The notes beneath the pieces are model-generated. The model saw only the letters and a list, made by a program, of their open reading frames with translations. It was not told where the DNA came from and made no database searches. A program made the position numbers and the translations under genes. From contig BA000048.1 of assembly GCA_000270325.1 (NCBI GenBank), positions 1,413,481-1,477,480 on the forward strand: a stretch of DNA of 64,000 nt, read 5' to 3'. The stretch is from Candidatus Caldarchaeum subterraneum. Its GTDB lineage: Archaea > Thermoproteota > Nitrososphaeria_A > Caldarchaeales > Caldarchaeaceae. Shown piece after piece: positions 26,907 through 35,689 of the stretch (position 1 is its first letter; each line of letters starts with the position of its first letter).

Positions 26907-27651
26907 AGGTTTTCGTGGGGCATGTTTTTATAAGGTGGGGCATCTGGGTTTAATCGGCATGGTTGTGTCTGAGAGACGGTTGCTCGTTCGGTTTTTTCAG
27001 ATAGGCTCGGTGCTGGCTTTGGCGGGCAGCATACATGTGCTGACCCTTCTCCTTCCATGGTACACTGTAAGGGCTGACAGCGTTTCAACCTCTGTTTTGA
27101 GCGGCTACCTGCTACCCGAGACACTGGCCCTCTCAGTGGCCGGAGGAGTTTTGGCGGGTCTGTCTTTGTTGGTGACATCCTTTAGCCAGCGTCCCATGGC
27201 GGTGAGAACCGTGCTAGTTGTCTTATCGCTTTTAGGAGGGGTGCTAGCCATGGTTTCTCCGCTCTATCTCGGGCTTGTCAGGGTTCCGGCTCTAAGCGTG
27301 GCTGGCGAGCCGGGCATAGGGTTCTTCATAGCACTTTTCTCCGCCATAGTTATTCTTGCGTTAGGAGGAGTGGCTCTTATGACACGGCCGCGTGTGGTCG
27401 AGATTCCATATCAAGGCTATGGTGGCGTGAGCGGGGCTACAGTGTCGTCCACACAGCCGATGGAGACAACCTCTTTTGAAGTTGCCGGTGAGGTTGAGGA
27501 GGGAGTAGTCTGCCCCATTTGCTACACATCCGTGGAAGCTGAAAATGCTGTTAGATGCTCCTCATGCGGTGTAGTTTTTCACTCTGGATGCCTTGACGCA
27601 TATGTAAACATAAACGGTACTTGCCCAAACTGTGGAAGAGCCGTTGTCTAG
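26899..27651 (+). CDS. Polytopic membrane protein with C-terminal cytosolic C4HC3 RING/PHD-like zinc finger
   Basis: Four to five hydrophobic helices, then CPICx11CSSCx4Hx2Cx9CPNC. The spacing is the same as in the small RING protein at 25463. Confidence 0.6.
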   Translation: MFKGFRGACFYKVGHLGLIGMVVSERRLLVRFFQIGSVLALAGSIHVLTLLLPWYTVRADSVSTSVLSGYLLPETLALSVAGGVLAGLSLLVTSFSQRPMAVRTVLVVLSLLGGVLAMVSPLYLGLVRVPALSVAGEPGIGFFIALFSAIVILALGGVALMTRPRVVEIPYQGYGGVSGATVSSTQPMETTSFEVAGEVEEGVVCPICYTSVEAENAVRCSSCGVVFHSGCLDAYVNINGTCPNCGRAVV

Positions 27652-27662
27652 CGTGAGTCTGC

Positions 27663-29111
27663 ATGGGCCTCGAGGAAATCGTTAAACTCGGTCTTGAGCG
27701 GGGGTTTTTCTTTCCGTCGGCGGAGATTTACGCCGGGTCTCCGGCGGGCTTCTGGGAATATGGGCACCTAGGAGCACTGCTCAAACGCAAGTTCATAGAC
27801 GCGTGGCATCGCCTAATGGTGCGAAGAGATGAGATGCTTCTCGTCGATGGTTCGCAGATTCTTCCCAAACCCGTTTTCGTCGCATCTGGTCATCTAGCCA
27901 CATTCGCAGACCCCATAACACGCTGTAAATCATGCAAGTCCGTTTATCGAATAGATAGGCTGCTGGAGGAGAAGCTGGGCATAAAGGTTCCGGAAAGGAC
28001 TCCACCCGAGCAGATTGACGAGATTATTGCTGAGCATGGTTTCCGTTGCCCTGCATGCGGGGGAGAACTGGACAAAGTCTCCCTGTTCAACATGATGTTC
28101 GGTGTTTCTCTGGGGGCGTCGGGCGATGAGGGATATCTCAGGCCCGAGACGTGTCAAAACATCTTCATAGATTTTCCACGTGTTTACAAGATTTCGCGGA
28201 GAAAGCTGCCGCTCGCGCTCGCACAGGTGGGGAAAAGCTTCCGTAACGAGATATCACCTCGCCAATCACTTATCAGGCTCCGGGAGTTTACACAGGCAGA
28301 GATAGAGGTTTTCTTCAACCCACGCACAGCCAACGAATTTGCGAAGGCCAAGACAGTTGCTGACAAAGAGTTAAACATGTGGGTTGGAGAGAGGGTTGAA
28401 AAAATCACATGCGAAAGAGCTGTTGAGAGTGGTCTGGTTTCGAGTTGGCTCGTCGCATATTATCTCTGGCTTGTGCAGGACTTCTATTTCCGCTTAGGCA
28501 TAGGCTCGGACAGGCTTAGGTTCAGGAGGCTCGGTGATGATGAGAAGGCTTTCTACGCCGCCGAGGCCTGGGATTTAGAGGTGCTTACCTCGACTGGGTG
28601 GGTGGAGCTTGTTGCATGTAACAACCGAACCGACTATGACCTCGGTGGGCATCAGAGGGTTAGCGGAGTCGACCTACGGGTAACGGAGGATGGGGAGAGC
28701 TTTCTGCCGCATGTTTTCGAGCTTTCGATGGGTGTTGACAGAAGCCTTCTCGCTCTTCTTGAGCACGGCTACGTCCAAGAAAATGGTAGGAGTGTTCTCC
28801 GTCTTCATCCAGCCCTCGCCCCATACACAATCGCGGTCTTCCCTCTGCTTGACAGGCCTGAGCTGACTCAGGTGGCCCAACAGCTCTACAACAAGCTGCA
28901 GCTGGATTTCGACACTTTCTATGACGAGAAGGGAAGCATAGGCAGAAGATACAGGAGACAGGATGAGATAGGCACACCCTTCTGCATAACAGTAGATTAT
29001 CAAACCTTGGAGGATAACACGGTGACCGTGCGTGACCGAGACACCATGAAACAGGAGCGGGTGAACATCGAAGTGCTCAAGAGCTACATATCGGATAAGC
29101 TCGTGATATAG
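27663..29111 (+). CDS. glyS: Glycine--tRNA ligase (archaeal/eukaryotic alpha2 type)
   Basis: N-terminus RGFFFPSAEIYAGSPAGFWEYGHLGALLKRKFIDAW and class II aaRS motifs. 482 aa. Confidence 0.85.
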   Translation: MGLEEIVKLGLERGFFFPSAEIYAGSPAGFWEYGHLGALLKRKFIDAWHRLMVRRDEMLLVDGSQILPKPVFVASGHLATFADPITRCKSCKSVYRIDRLLEEKLGIKVPERTPPEQIDEIIAEHGFRCPACGGELDKVSLFNMMFGVSLGASGDEGYLRPETCQNIFIDFPRVYKISRRKLPLALAQVGKSFRNEISPRQSLIRLREFTQAEIEVFFNPRTANEFAKAKTVADKELNMWVGERVEKITCERAVESGLVSSWLVAYYLWLVQDFYFRLGIGSDRLRFRRLGDDEKAFYAAEAWDLEVLTSTGWVELVACNNRTDYDLGGHQRVSGVDLRVTEDGESFLPHVFELSMGVDRSLLALLEHGYVQENGRSVLRLHPALAPYTIAVFPLLDRPELTQVAQQLYNKLQLDFDTFYDEKGSIGRRYRRQDEIGTPFCITVDYQTLEDNTVTVRDRDTMKQERVNIEVLKSYISDKLVI

Positions 29112-29132
29112 CTGCGCATGTTTAAATAATCG

Positions 29133-29507
29133 ATGGAGCCCGATACATCGATGGCGGACACTCTCTCACTCATCATATACATAGTTGTCTCGGCGCTGCT
29201 GCCCGTTCTACTAATCATAGGTTCCAAGCTCCTCTCACCCAAAAAACCAGCAAGACGTAAGCGACTTTCTTTCGAGAGTGGCCAGGTTCCATTTGGCTGG
29301 ACAGAGTCATCGTTTCCCGTCGAATACTTTCCCTACGCTATTATCTACATAGCCTACGCGGTCATCGCCCTAGCTGTCTTCCTCTCCGTTGTAGCTGTCA
29401 TCGACAACCCAGGCGCAGCTCTCAACGTAGTTGTTTTGCTAGCTGTTCTCAGCGCTTCATCGATATACGCAGCCGCAACCCTAAAGAATTTGCCGCAGAG
29501 GCTGTAG
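29133..29507 (+). CDS. nuoA: NADH-quinone oxidoreductase subunit A
   Basis: Three-TM 124-aa protein with a conserved FESG motif. Confidence 0.8.
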   Translation: MEPDTSMADTLSLIIYIVVSALLPVLLIIGSKLLSPKKPARRKRLSFESGQVPFGWTESSFPVEYFPYAIIYIAYAVIALAVFLSVVAVIDNPGAALNVVVLLAVLSASSIYAAATLKNLPQRL

Positions 29508-29511
29508 AGAG

Positions 29512-30543
29512 ATGGTTGTAGCCTTACCTCCTCCTTTACAGGAGCTTGTCAGGTTTCTGGCGAGTGAGAGCTTCGTAAAGGCTGCTGTCTTCCCGGGAGC
29601 AACCTTCGTGGCGGTATTGGGCATATTGTCCGTATGGTATGAGAGAAAGCTTCTCGCACGCATTATGCTTCGCCCCGGGCCTCTTCACGTGGGCAAGTAT
29701 GGTGGATGGCTGCAGGTAATCGCTGACGCAGTCAAGTTTCTCTCAAAAGAGTTCATCATCCCGGCACGGGCCAAGAAAAAACTGTTTGTCACCATGCCTC
29801 TCACAGCACTTTTCCTTTCAGCTCTCCTCTTCGCCTTCCTCCCTTTCAGTGAGTACTGGGTGATTTACAGAAGCGAGATAGGTGTCCTACTCGTCTTTGT
29901 GCTGATAGCTCTCACACCTATTCCATTGATTATAGCGGGATGGGCCGCGGGAAGCAAGTACAGCTTCGTCGGCATGCTGAGGTTCGCTTTCCAGATATTT
30001 GCATACGAAGTCCCCCTTTTCATAGCGTTGGCTGGTGTTATTCTCGCGGCAAAAACCTTCGACATAGTCGAGATTGTGAACGCACAGTATGCTCTACCGT
30101 TTATCGTCACACAGTTCATAGGATTTCTCGTCTTCTTTATAGCCGCGGTCAGTGAGGCGGAGCGGATACCGTTTGACCTTCCAACGGCGGAGCAGGAGCT
30201 TGTGGAGGGATGGATGGTTGAGTACGGGGGTGTAGGATTTCTCGGTATTCAGCTAGCCATGTACACTAAGCTTGACGCTCTCCTGTTCCTTACCGTCAAC
30301 CTATACCTCGGCGGATGGCATGGCCCAGCTATACCAGGTGTACCAGAGACAATTCTCCACCCCTTCTGGGTCTTCGTGAAGTTCCTCATACTTTTGACAA
30401 TCGTGTTCATGTTTAGAGGCGTCTACACCCGCATAACCATCAGAAAAATCCTCGACTTGGGCTGGAGATACCTCATACCTCTTGGCTTCATCAACCTCTT
30501 TCTCGTCAGCCTCACAATCTATCTGCCAACTTTCCTAGCCTAG
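29512..30543 (+). CDS. nuoH: NADH-quinone oxidoreductase subunit H
   Basis: 343 aa polytopic protein resembling NuoH/ND1. Confidence 0.8.
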   Translation: MVVALPPPLQELVRFLASESFVKAAVFPGATFVAVLGILSVWYERKLLARIMLRPGPLHVGKYGGWLQVIADAVKFLSKEFIIPARAKKKLFVTMPLTALFLSALLFAFLPFSEYWVIYRSEIGVLLVFVLIALTPIPLIIAGWAAGSKYSFVGMLRFAFQIFAYEVPLFIALAGVILAAKTFDIVEIVNAQYALPFIVTQFIGFLVFFIAAVSEAERIPFDLPTAEQELVEGWMVEYGGVGFLGIQLAMYTKLDALLFLTVNLYLGGWHGPAIPGVPETILHPFWVFVKFLILLTIVFMFRGVYTRITIRKILDLGWRYLIPLGFINLFLVSLTIYLPTFLA

Positions 30544-30896
30544 CCTTTTCTCATCCTTTTCAGCTTAAACTCCAAGCCTGTTGAGACGATGTTGGCTCTC
30601 ACGATTGTGTAAACGACTTGGTCAAGCATGCGTCCAAAAGTCATGTCATCCATATTGGCTCCTCCGGTTTCGTAAATTTTTTGAAGCTGCTCCATGTTGT
30701 TATCGAGGTCCAGATGCCCGGACAGGTGTTGGTATATAGGGATGCCCCTGATTTCCTGATGAATCTTCACGGATTCAGTGAAGTACGTAAAGTCTTCTGT
30801 GTCGAGGAATGACCTAAGTGTTTTTGCGAGTAGACGCAGCTTTTTCAGTAGTTCATGGGCCTCGGGTCTCTCTTTCGGGGTTAGCTCTGTCGCCAT
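30540..30896 (-). CDS. Hypothetical protein (118 aa), upstream of the nuoI-like gene
   Basis: ORF only. Confidence 0.35.
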   Translation of the reverse strand: MATELTPKERPEAHELLKKLRLLAKTLRSFLDTEDFTYFTESVKIHQEIRGIPIYQHLSGHLDLDNNMEQLQKIYETGGANMDDMTFGRMLDQVVYTIVRANIVSTGLEFKLKRMRKG

Positions 30897-30898
30897 GG

Positions 30899-31807
30899 CT
30901 ATCCTCTCAACGCGGTGACGAGTTTGTCGAACCAGCCCAGCTCGGCCGGCGGCCCTCTAACACCGGGTTTGGCGAGCTTCTTGGGGCTGTAGAAGAGGGA
31001 GCGTCTATCGGTGTCCGAGAGCTCGATCTCGGGCGTCATCTCGAGGGCGTAGAAGGGGCATGCGTCTACGCAGAAGCCGCAGAAGACGCAGCGGCCATAG
31101 TCGACCGCGGGGAAGTATGACTTCTTGTTGTGGGCGAGTTTTTCATCAATTTTCGTGATGGCTAAAACAGCCTCATATGTGCCGTTGCTGAGCCTGTGGT
31201 ATTCGTCTTCTTTGTCGGCGCCCTGCACCTCGATGACTTGGTCGCTCCACCCGTTTCCGCGAGCCCATGTGAGGAAGCTGTCGAAATATGACTCGAGGAC
31301 AGCCTCGGACCTATATGAGTAGATGGGCTCTGCGTTCAGCTTCCACTCATAGCCCTCACCAGCCTGCTGCAGGGCCCTCAAATCATTCCATACAACGTCT
31401 ACCACTGGATGCGAATTCGGTGCAGCGCCGTTTTCACTAACGCCCAATCGGGTGACCAGGTTCTCGACAAAGTCTACAGCCGATTTCTCACCTTTCCTAT
31501 AATCCTCCACAAACTTTTTCCCGAGCTTGAGGGATGCATTGAACCCGTAGACCATCATGATGGCTTCGGCCACGTTTTGGCATGCTATGTCGCATAGGCT
31601 GCAGCCGGTGCATTTGTCGAGATAGAGGATGTGTCTGCCTTTGAAGCCTGGGTAGGCTATGCTTGCCTTGGGGTCGTATCGATAGTTTTCACCCGTCGTG
31701 TTGATGATTTTCTCGTAGGGATACTTTATCGTGACTGTGGGCATAAACACGTGTTTCAGGGCGACTATCATCGGCTTAACTATCCTTGCAAACGTCTCGA
31801 AAACCAA
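30899..31807 (-). CDS. nuoI: NuoI-like 2x[4Fe-4S] ferredoxin subunit with about 160-aa insertion between the two clusters
   Basis: NuoI N-terminus TIKYPYEK...RYDP...GRHILYLDKCTGCSLCDIACQ and second cluster CVFCGFCVDACP, separated by about 160 residues. Confidence 0.65.
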   Translation of the reverse strand: MVFETFARIVKPMIVALKHVFMPTVTIKYPYEKIINTTGENYRYDPKASIAYPGFKGRHILYLDKCTGCSLCDIACQNVAEAIMMVYGFNASLKLGKKFVEDYRKGEKSAVDFVENLVTRLGVSENGAAPNSHPVVDVVWNDLRALQQAGEGYEWKLNAEPIYSYRSEAVLESYFDSFLTWARGNGWSDQVIEVQGADKEDEYHRLSNGTYEAVLAITKIDEKLAHNKKSYFPAVDYGRCVFCGFCVDACPFYALEMTPEIELSDTDRRSLFYSPKKLAKPGVRGPPAELGWFDKLVTALRG

Positions 31808-31850
31808 CGCGCGTCACCTAGCGAAAAGCCGTCCCAGGATAAATAGGTAA

Positions 31851-32222
31851 TCAGTTAACAATTACACGGTTCGTCTGCTTGGCGAGGAGATATTTCCTAT
31901 ATAGCCTGTGGCCGAAAAGAGCGTTAAAGATTGTCAACAGCTGGAGAGTCACGTGGGTGGCGATAAACACTGGCAGCGGTTGTTTCAGAATCACTATCAC
32001 TACTATAGCCGTTATGAAGATGAAGAAGTGTACGAGGATTGCTGCCACGACCGATGTTGTCTGGTATTTCTTCACGGCCTCTTCTATTGGTGATGTTTCA
32101 CTTGGCTTCAGGCTTGACCACCTGTTGACGAGTTTTATCCAACTGGTTGAGATATTCTCCTGGAAAGTCTGGCATGTGGTTCTTGATGGATTGCCACGGG
32201 TCTGCGTCAGCCTTTGGCCCAA
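31851..32222 (-). CDS. Small two-TM membrane protein, possible oxidase accessory subunit. Start uncertain; the track ORF overlaps the coxI 3' end
   Basis: Two hydrophobic helices. Confidence 0.25.
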   Translation of the reverse strand: MGQRLTQTRGNPSRTTCQTFQENISTSWIKLVNRWSSLKPSETSPIEEAVKKYQTTSVVAAILVHFFIFITAIVVIVILKQPLPVFIATHVTLQLLTIFNALFGHRLYRKYLLAKQTNRVIVN

Positions 32223-33672
32223 ACTTCCAGCTCAGCAGCACGTTTAACAAGAAGACTGCGGTGCCTATGCCTATTAGAAAAGCTCCAACAGAGGCAACTA
32301 CATGCCAGGGTTGGTACTCGGGGACATAGCTGTAGTATCGCCGCGGCATACCCATCAAACCGAGGATCATCATCGACATGAAGACAAGATACTGTCCGAC
32401 GTTAGCTGTTATTGCATGGATTTTGCCGAGGGATTCGCTGTACATTCTCTTGGTCAAGTATGGGAAGTAGTAGTATGTTGCGGCGAAAGCTGCTTGGGAT
32501 ATGGCGCCGAAGAGGATGAAGTGCATGTGGCCTACAACCCAGTAGGTGTCGTGGACGTGCCAGTCGACAGGTATCGCTGGATGGAAAACACCTGTTATCC
32601 CCCCGACAATAAATGTGGCTATGAACGAGAGCGTGAATATTGTTGGAGTGTTGTACCTTATTTTTCCTCCCCACAGTGTTGCCTCCCAGTTAACCACTTT
32701 AACGCCGGATGGAATGGCGACAAGCATCGTCATTATCATGAACGGGGCGAGGGTCAGTGGTGATAACCCGGTGGTGAACATGTGGTGGGCCCATACACCG
32801 AAGCTGAGCACCGCTATGAGAACCGATGACAGTGCTATCATCCGGTAGCCGACGATGGGTTTCTTGACGAGGCGAGGCAGTATCTCTGATATTATGCCCA
32901 TGGCGGGGATGACTAGTATGTAGACCTCTGGGTGGCCGAAGAACCAGAAGAGATGTTGCCAAAGGATTGGGTCGCCTCCCTGTGCGGGGAGATAGAAGCC
33001 TGTTCCAAGGTTTCTGTCGAGCAGTAGCATGGTTAAGCCGAACGCCAGTGGGGGAACGGCGAAAATTATGATGAAAGCAGTTACAACCCATGACCATACG
33101 AATAGAGGAAGCCTCCACCACCCCATGTCAGCTCTTCTAAGCCGCCAAGTCGTGACTATGAAGTTCAAGGCCCCAACCATCGACGAGGTGCCTGCTACAT
33201 GCAGGCTCAGTATCCAAAGGTCGACTCCAACACTAGGCTCAATCACAGAGAGTGTTGCATAACCTGTCCAGCCTATGTTTGCCCAGCTCGACATGAGCAG
33301 GACACCGGCTGCCAGAAACAGCCAGAAGCTCAGGGCATTGAGCTTGGGATAATACATGTCCGGAGCCCCTATCATTTTGGGGATTAGATAGTTTCCCAGA
33401 CCAGCGAAAACTGGCATGGCCCAGAAGAAGACCATCAATGTGCCATGTATCGTGAAAAGTGAGGAGTAGGTGTTTGAGTCTACTAGGTTGCCCTGAGGCG
33501 TGGCCAGCTCAAACCGCATCAACAGAGCCAACAGTCCACCGATGACGAGGAAGACATAGGATGCGGCGATGTATAGCATTCCTATGTGGGCGTGGTTGGT
33601 TGTCGACAGGATCTGGTAGAGGCTCTTGTACCATGGCTTGGGTTGAGTTTTTTCCATTGTTACCGCGGTCAT
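32098..33672 (-). CDS. coxA: Heme-copper oxidase subunit I
   Basis: 524 aa, 12+ TM helices, with conserved GHPEVYILVIPAMG and HHMF motifs. Confidence 0.9.
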   Translation of the reverse strand: MTAVTMEKTQPKPWYKSLYQILSTTNHAHIGMLYIAASYVFLVIGGLLALLMRFELATPQGNLVDSNTYSSLFTIHGTLMVFFWAMPVFAGLGNYLIPKMIGAPDMYYPKLNALSFWLFLAAGVLLMSSWANIGWTGYATLSVIEPSVGVDLWILSLHVAGTSSMVGALNFIVTTWRLRRADMGWWRLPLFVWSWVVTAFIIIFAVPPLAFGLTMLLLDRNLGTGFYLPAQGGDPILWQHLFWFFGHPEVYILVIPAMGIISEILPRLVKKPIVGYRMIALSSVLIAVLSFGVWAHHMFTTGLSPLTLAPFMIMTMLVAIPSGVKVVNWEATLWGGKIRYNTPTIFTLSFIATFIVGGITGVFHPAIPVDWHVHDTYWVVGHMHFILFGAISQAAFAATYYYFPYLTKRMYSESLGKIHAITANVGQYLVFMSMMILGLMGMPRRYYSYVPEYQPWHVVASVGAFLIGIGTAVFLLNVLLSWKFGPKADADPWQSIKNHMPDFPGEYLNQLDKTRQQVVKPEAK

Positions 33673-34097
33673 GGCTCAACCACCATGTTCGCTCTCATAC
33701 TGTAGTGGCCTTGTCCACAGAACTCTGCGCATTGTATTAAATATGTCCCTGGCTCCAACGGAGTTACATAGAGGACGTTTGTGCGGCCGGGTACGACGTC
33801 TTTCTTCAACCCAAAGTCTCTAAGGTAGAAGCTATGGATGACGTCTTCGGAGTTTAGCTCGAGTCTCACGGTTTGGCCTGCCTTGACACGGAGCTCGCCG
33901 CTGACGGTTCCATCGGGGTAGACAAACTGCCAGGCAAACTGGCGTGCGACAACCTTGACCGTCAAATCCGCTGGCTTATTTGCTTCGAGGTCATTCAAAA
34001 CATTCCACGACCAGAAACCGATTACAACGAACAGTATTAATGCGCCGACGATTGTAGCGTTCTCCACCAGCTTAACCCTTTCCATGCCATCATTCAC
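33669..34097 (-). CDS. coxB: Heme-copper oxidase subunit II (cupredoxin, CuA site)
   Basis: CuA ligand motif CAEFCGQGHYSM (CxExCGxxHxxM) with an N-terminal TM helix. Confidence 0.85.
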   Translation of the reverse strand: MNDGMERVKLVENATIVGALILFVVIGFWSWNVLNDLEANKPADLTVKVVARQFAWQFVYPDGTVSGELRVKAGQTVRLELNSEDVIHSFYLRDFGLKKDVVPGRTNVLYVTPLEPGTYLIQCAEFCGQGHYSMRANMVVEP

Positions 34098-34323
34098 CTT
34101 TTTCTCTGAATTTATACATCATGAAGAAGAGTGCGCCGATGAATATGGAGCCCACCGCGGAGCCGGCGATGTAAACAAATTGGTAGAGCCTGTTAATTTC
34201 TATGGTTTGGGGTGACAGGGGTCTGAAGAGCTGCCCAAAGTTTCCTAGGATAAGTAGGGTTGAGAAGATGGCGAAGATTATTAGAGCGAGTACGAGGTAG
34301 TCTGTTGTCCTTGTCTCAGACAT
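34090..34323 (-). CDS. Small 2-TM membrane protein in the cox operon
   Basis: 77 aa and hydrophobic. Confidence 0.35.
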   Translation of the reverse strand: MSETRTTDYLVLALIIFAIFSTLLILGNFGQLFRPLSPQTIEINRLYQFVYIAGSAVGSIFIGALFFMMYKFREKGE

Positions 34324-34774
34324 GGGGGACCATCTCCGGGGCTGTATTTTTGTGTTTTTCCTGTATGCGTATGACGTAGGCTGCGGTGGCTAACGAGGAG
34401 TGGAGCGCTAAAACGGTTGCAGCAACCGCTTGATGAGCGGCTATGACTATTGGAGGTATGGCTGTGAAGATTACCACCGCGCCCACCACGAAAACCTGCA
34501 GCAAAAGCGCTGCGAAAGCATATACGGCCAGGGGACGGAGTGTGGTTCTCCAGCCGAGGTAGAAGGTGTAGACTCCTGAGAGGAAGGTGATGAAGGCAAC
34601 GATTCGGTGTCCGAATTCGAGGAGAATGAATGGGTCGTTTTCGAGTGGGCAGAGGGGCCAGTCGGGACACGCCATTCCCGCGCCAACCTTGCTCACATAG
34701 CTGCCTAGGGACATCGTCAAAATCGCCAGTAGCGATGTGCCGAGGGCGGAGTAGAAAACCCGCCTAAGATTCAT
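34316..34774 (-). CDS. ctaA: Heme A synthase, short archaeal form (CtaA/Cox15-like)
   Basis: GAGMACPDWPLCP matches the conserved CPDWPLC motif of CtaA. Four TM helices and a His in TM2 (FGHRIVA). Confidence 0.6.
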   Translation of the reverse strand: MNLRRVFYSALGTSLLAILTMSLGSYVSKVGAGMACPDWPLCPLENDPFILLEFGHRIVAFITFLSGVYTFYLGWRTTLRPLAVYAFAALLLQVFVVGAVVIFTAIPPIVIAAHQAVAATVLALHSSLATAAYVIRIQEKHKNTAPEMVPHV

Positions 34775-34801
34775 TTGGAGAAAAAGTCTCTGTGCGTTTA
34801 T

Positions 34802-35689
34802 TTATATGTAGCCGGGCATCACTTCTTTGGAAAACTTCTCCATATCTTTAACATAGTCTTCGGCGGGTTTGTCTCCAAAATAGAGAGCAAAGTGTGTGAC
34901 ATTTAGATTGATGTATTGTTCTATGGTGTCGATTATCTTGTTGGGGGAGCCTGTGAGGATTGCCCTGTTCTCGCCTGCTCTGACCTTTACGACTTGGGGG
35001 GTTTTTCCCGAGAAGTCTACGGTGAAACGTCCTGATATTTTGAAGCCCTCGGTCTTACTAATGTTGGAAACCCGTTCGCTAAGTGTGTCAAGAGTTATGC
35101 CTGTGAAGTGCCACGCCTGACCATGTTTCATGGCTCGTCTTAAGGCGTGTTCGCTGTTTCCGCCAATCCAGATCGGTGGACCGCCATTCTGTGCAGGGGC
35201 GGGTTCGAAGATACCGGCTTCCACCTTGTAGTATCGGCCTTTGAAAGATACTTCTCCCCCTTGCCACAGCTGTTTAATGAGTTGAAGGGCTTCGTCAAAC
35301 CTGCGTCCCCTGTTTCTAAAATTCATACCGAGGTTTTGGAACTCTTCTTCACACCATCCAGCTCCAAACCCCGCCACCACCCGTCCTCCGCTGAGCACAT
35401 CGATGGCTGCCAGAGCTTTTGCCACTTGGACAGGTTCCCTCATAGGAAGAATTAGCACAGAGGAGCCGACCTTAACCTCTTCAGTAACAGATGCGACGTG
35501 GGCCATGGTGGTGATAGCTTCGAGGATGTTTCCGTAAGGATACCTCTGGGTCGGAGGCAGCAGCAAATGGTCGGTTATCCACACTGACTCGTACCCAAGC
35601 TCCTCAGCTTCTGATGCGATGACATCTATAGACTTGGGTGAGAGATGTTTTCCGAAGTTGGGTAGACAGACGCCGAACTCGATTCTCAT
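34802..35689 (-). CDS. Luciferase-like monooxygenase (LLM) family, possibly F420-dependent oxidoreductase
   Basis: TIM-barrel LLM family N-terminus GYESVWITDH. Confidence 0.7.
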   Translation of the reverse strand: MRIEFGVCLPNFGKHLSPKSIDVIASEAEELGYESVWITDHLLLPPTQRYPYGNILEAITTMAHVASVTEEVKVGSSVLILPMREPVQVAKALAAIDVLSGGRVVAGFGAGWCEEEFQNLGMNFRNRGRRFDEALQLIKQLWQGGEVSFKGRYYKVEAGIFEPAPAQNGGPPIWIGGNSEHALRRAMKHGQAWHFTGITLDTLSERVSNISKTEGFKISGRFTVDFSGKTPQVVKVRAGENRAILTGSPNKIIDTIEQYINLNVTHFALYFGDKPAEDYVKDMEKFSKEVMPGYI

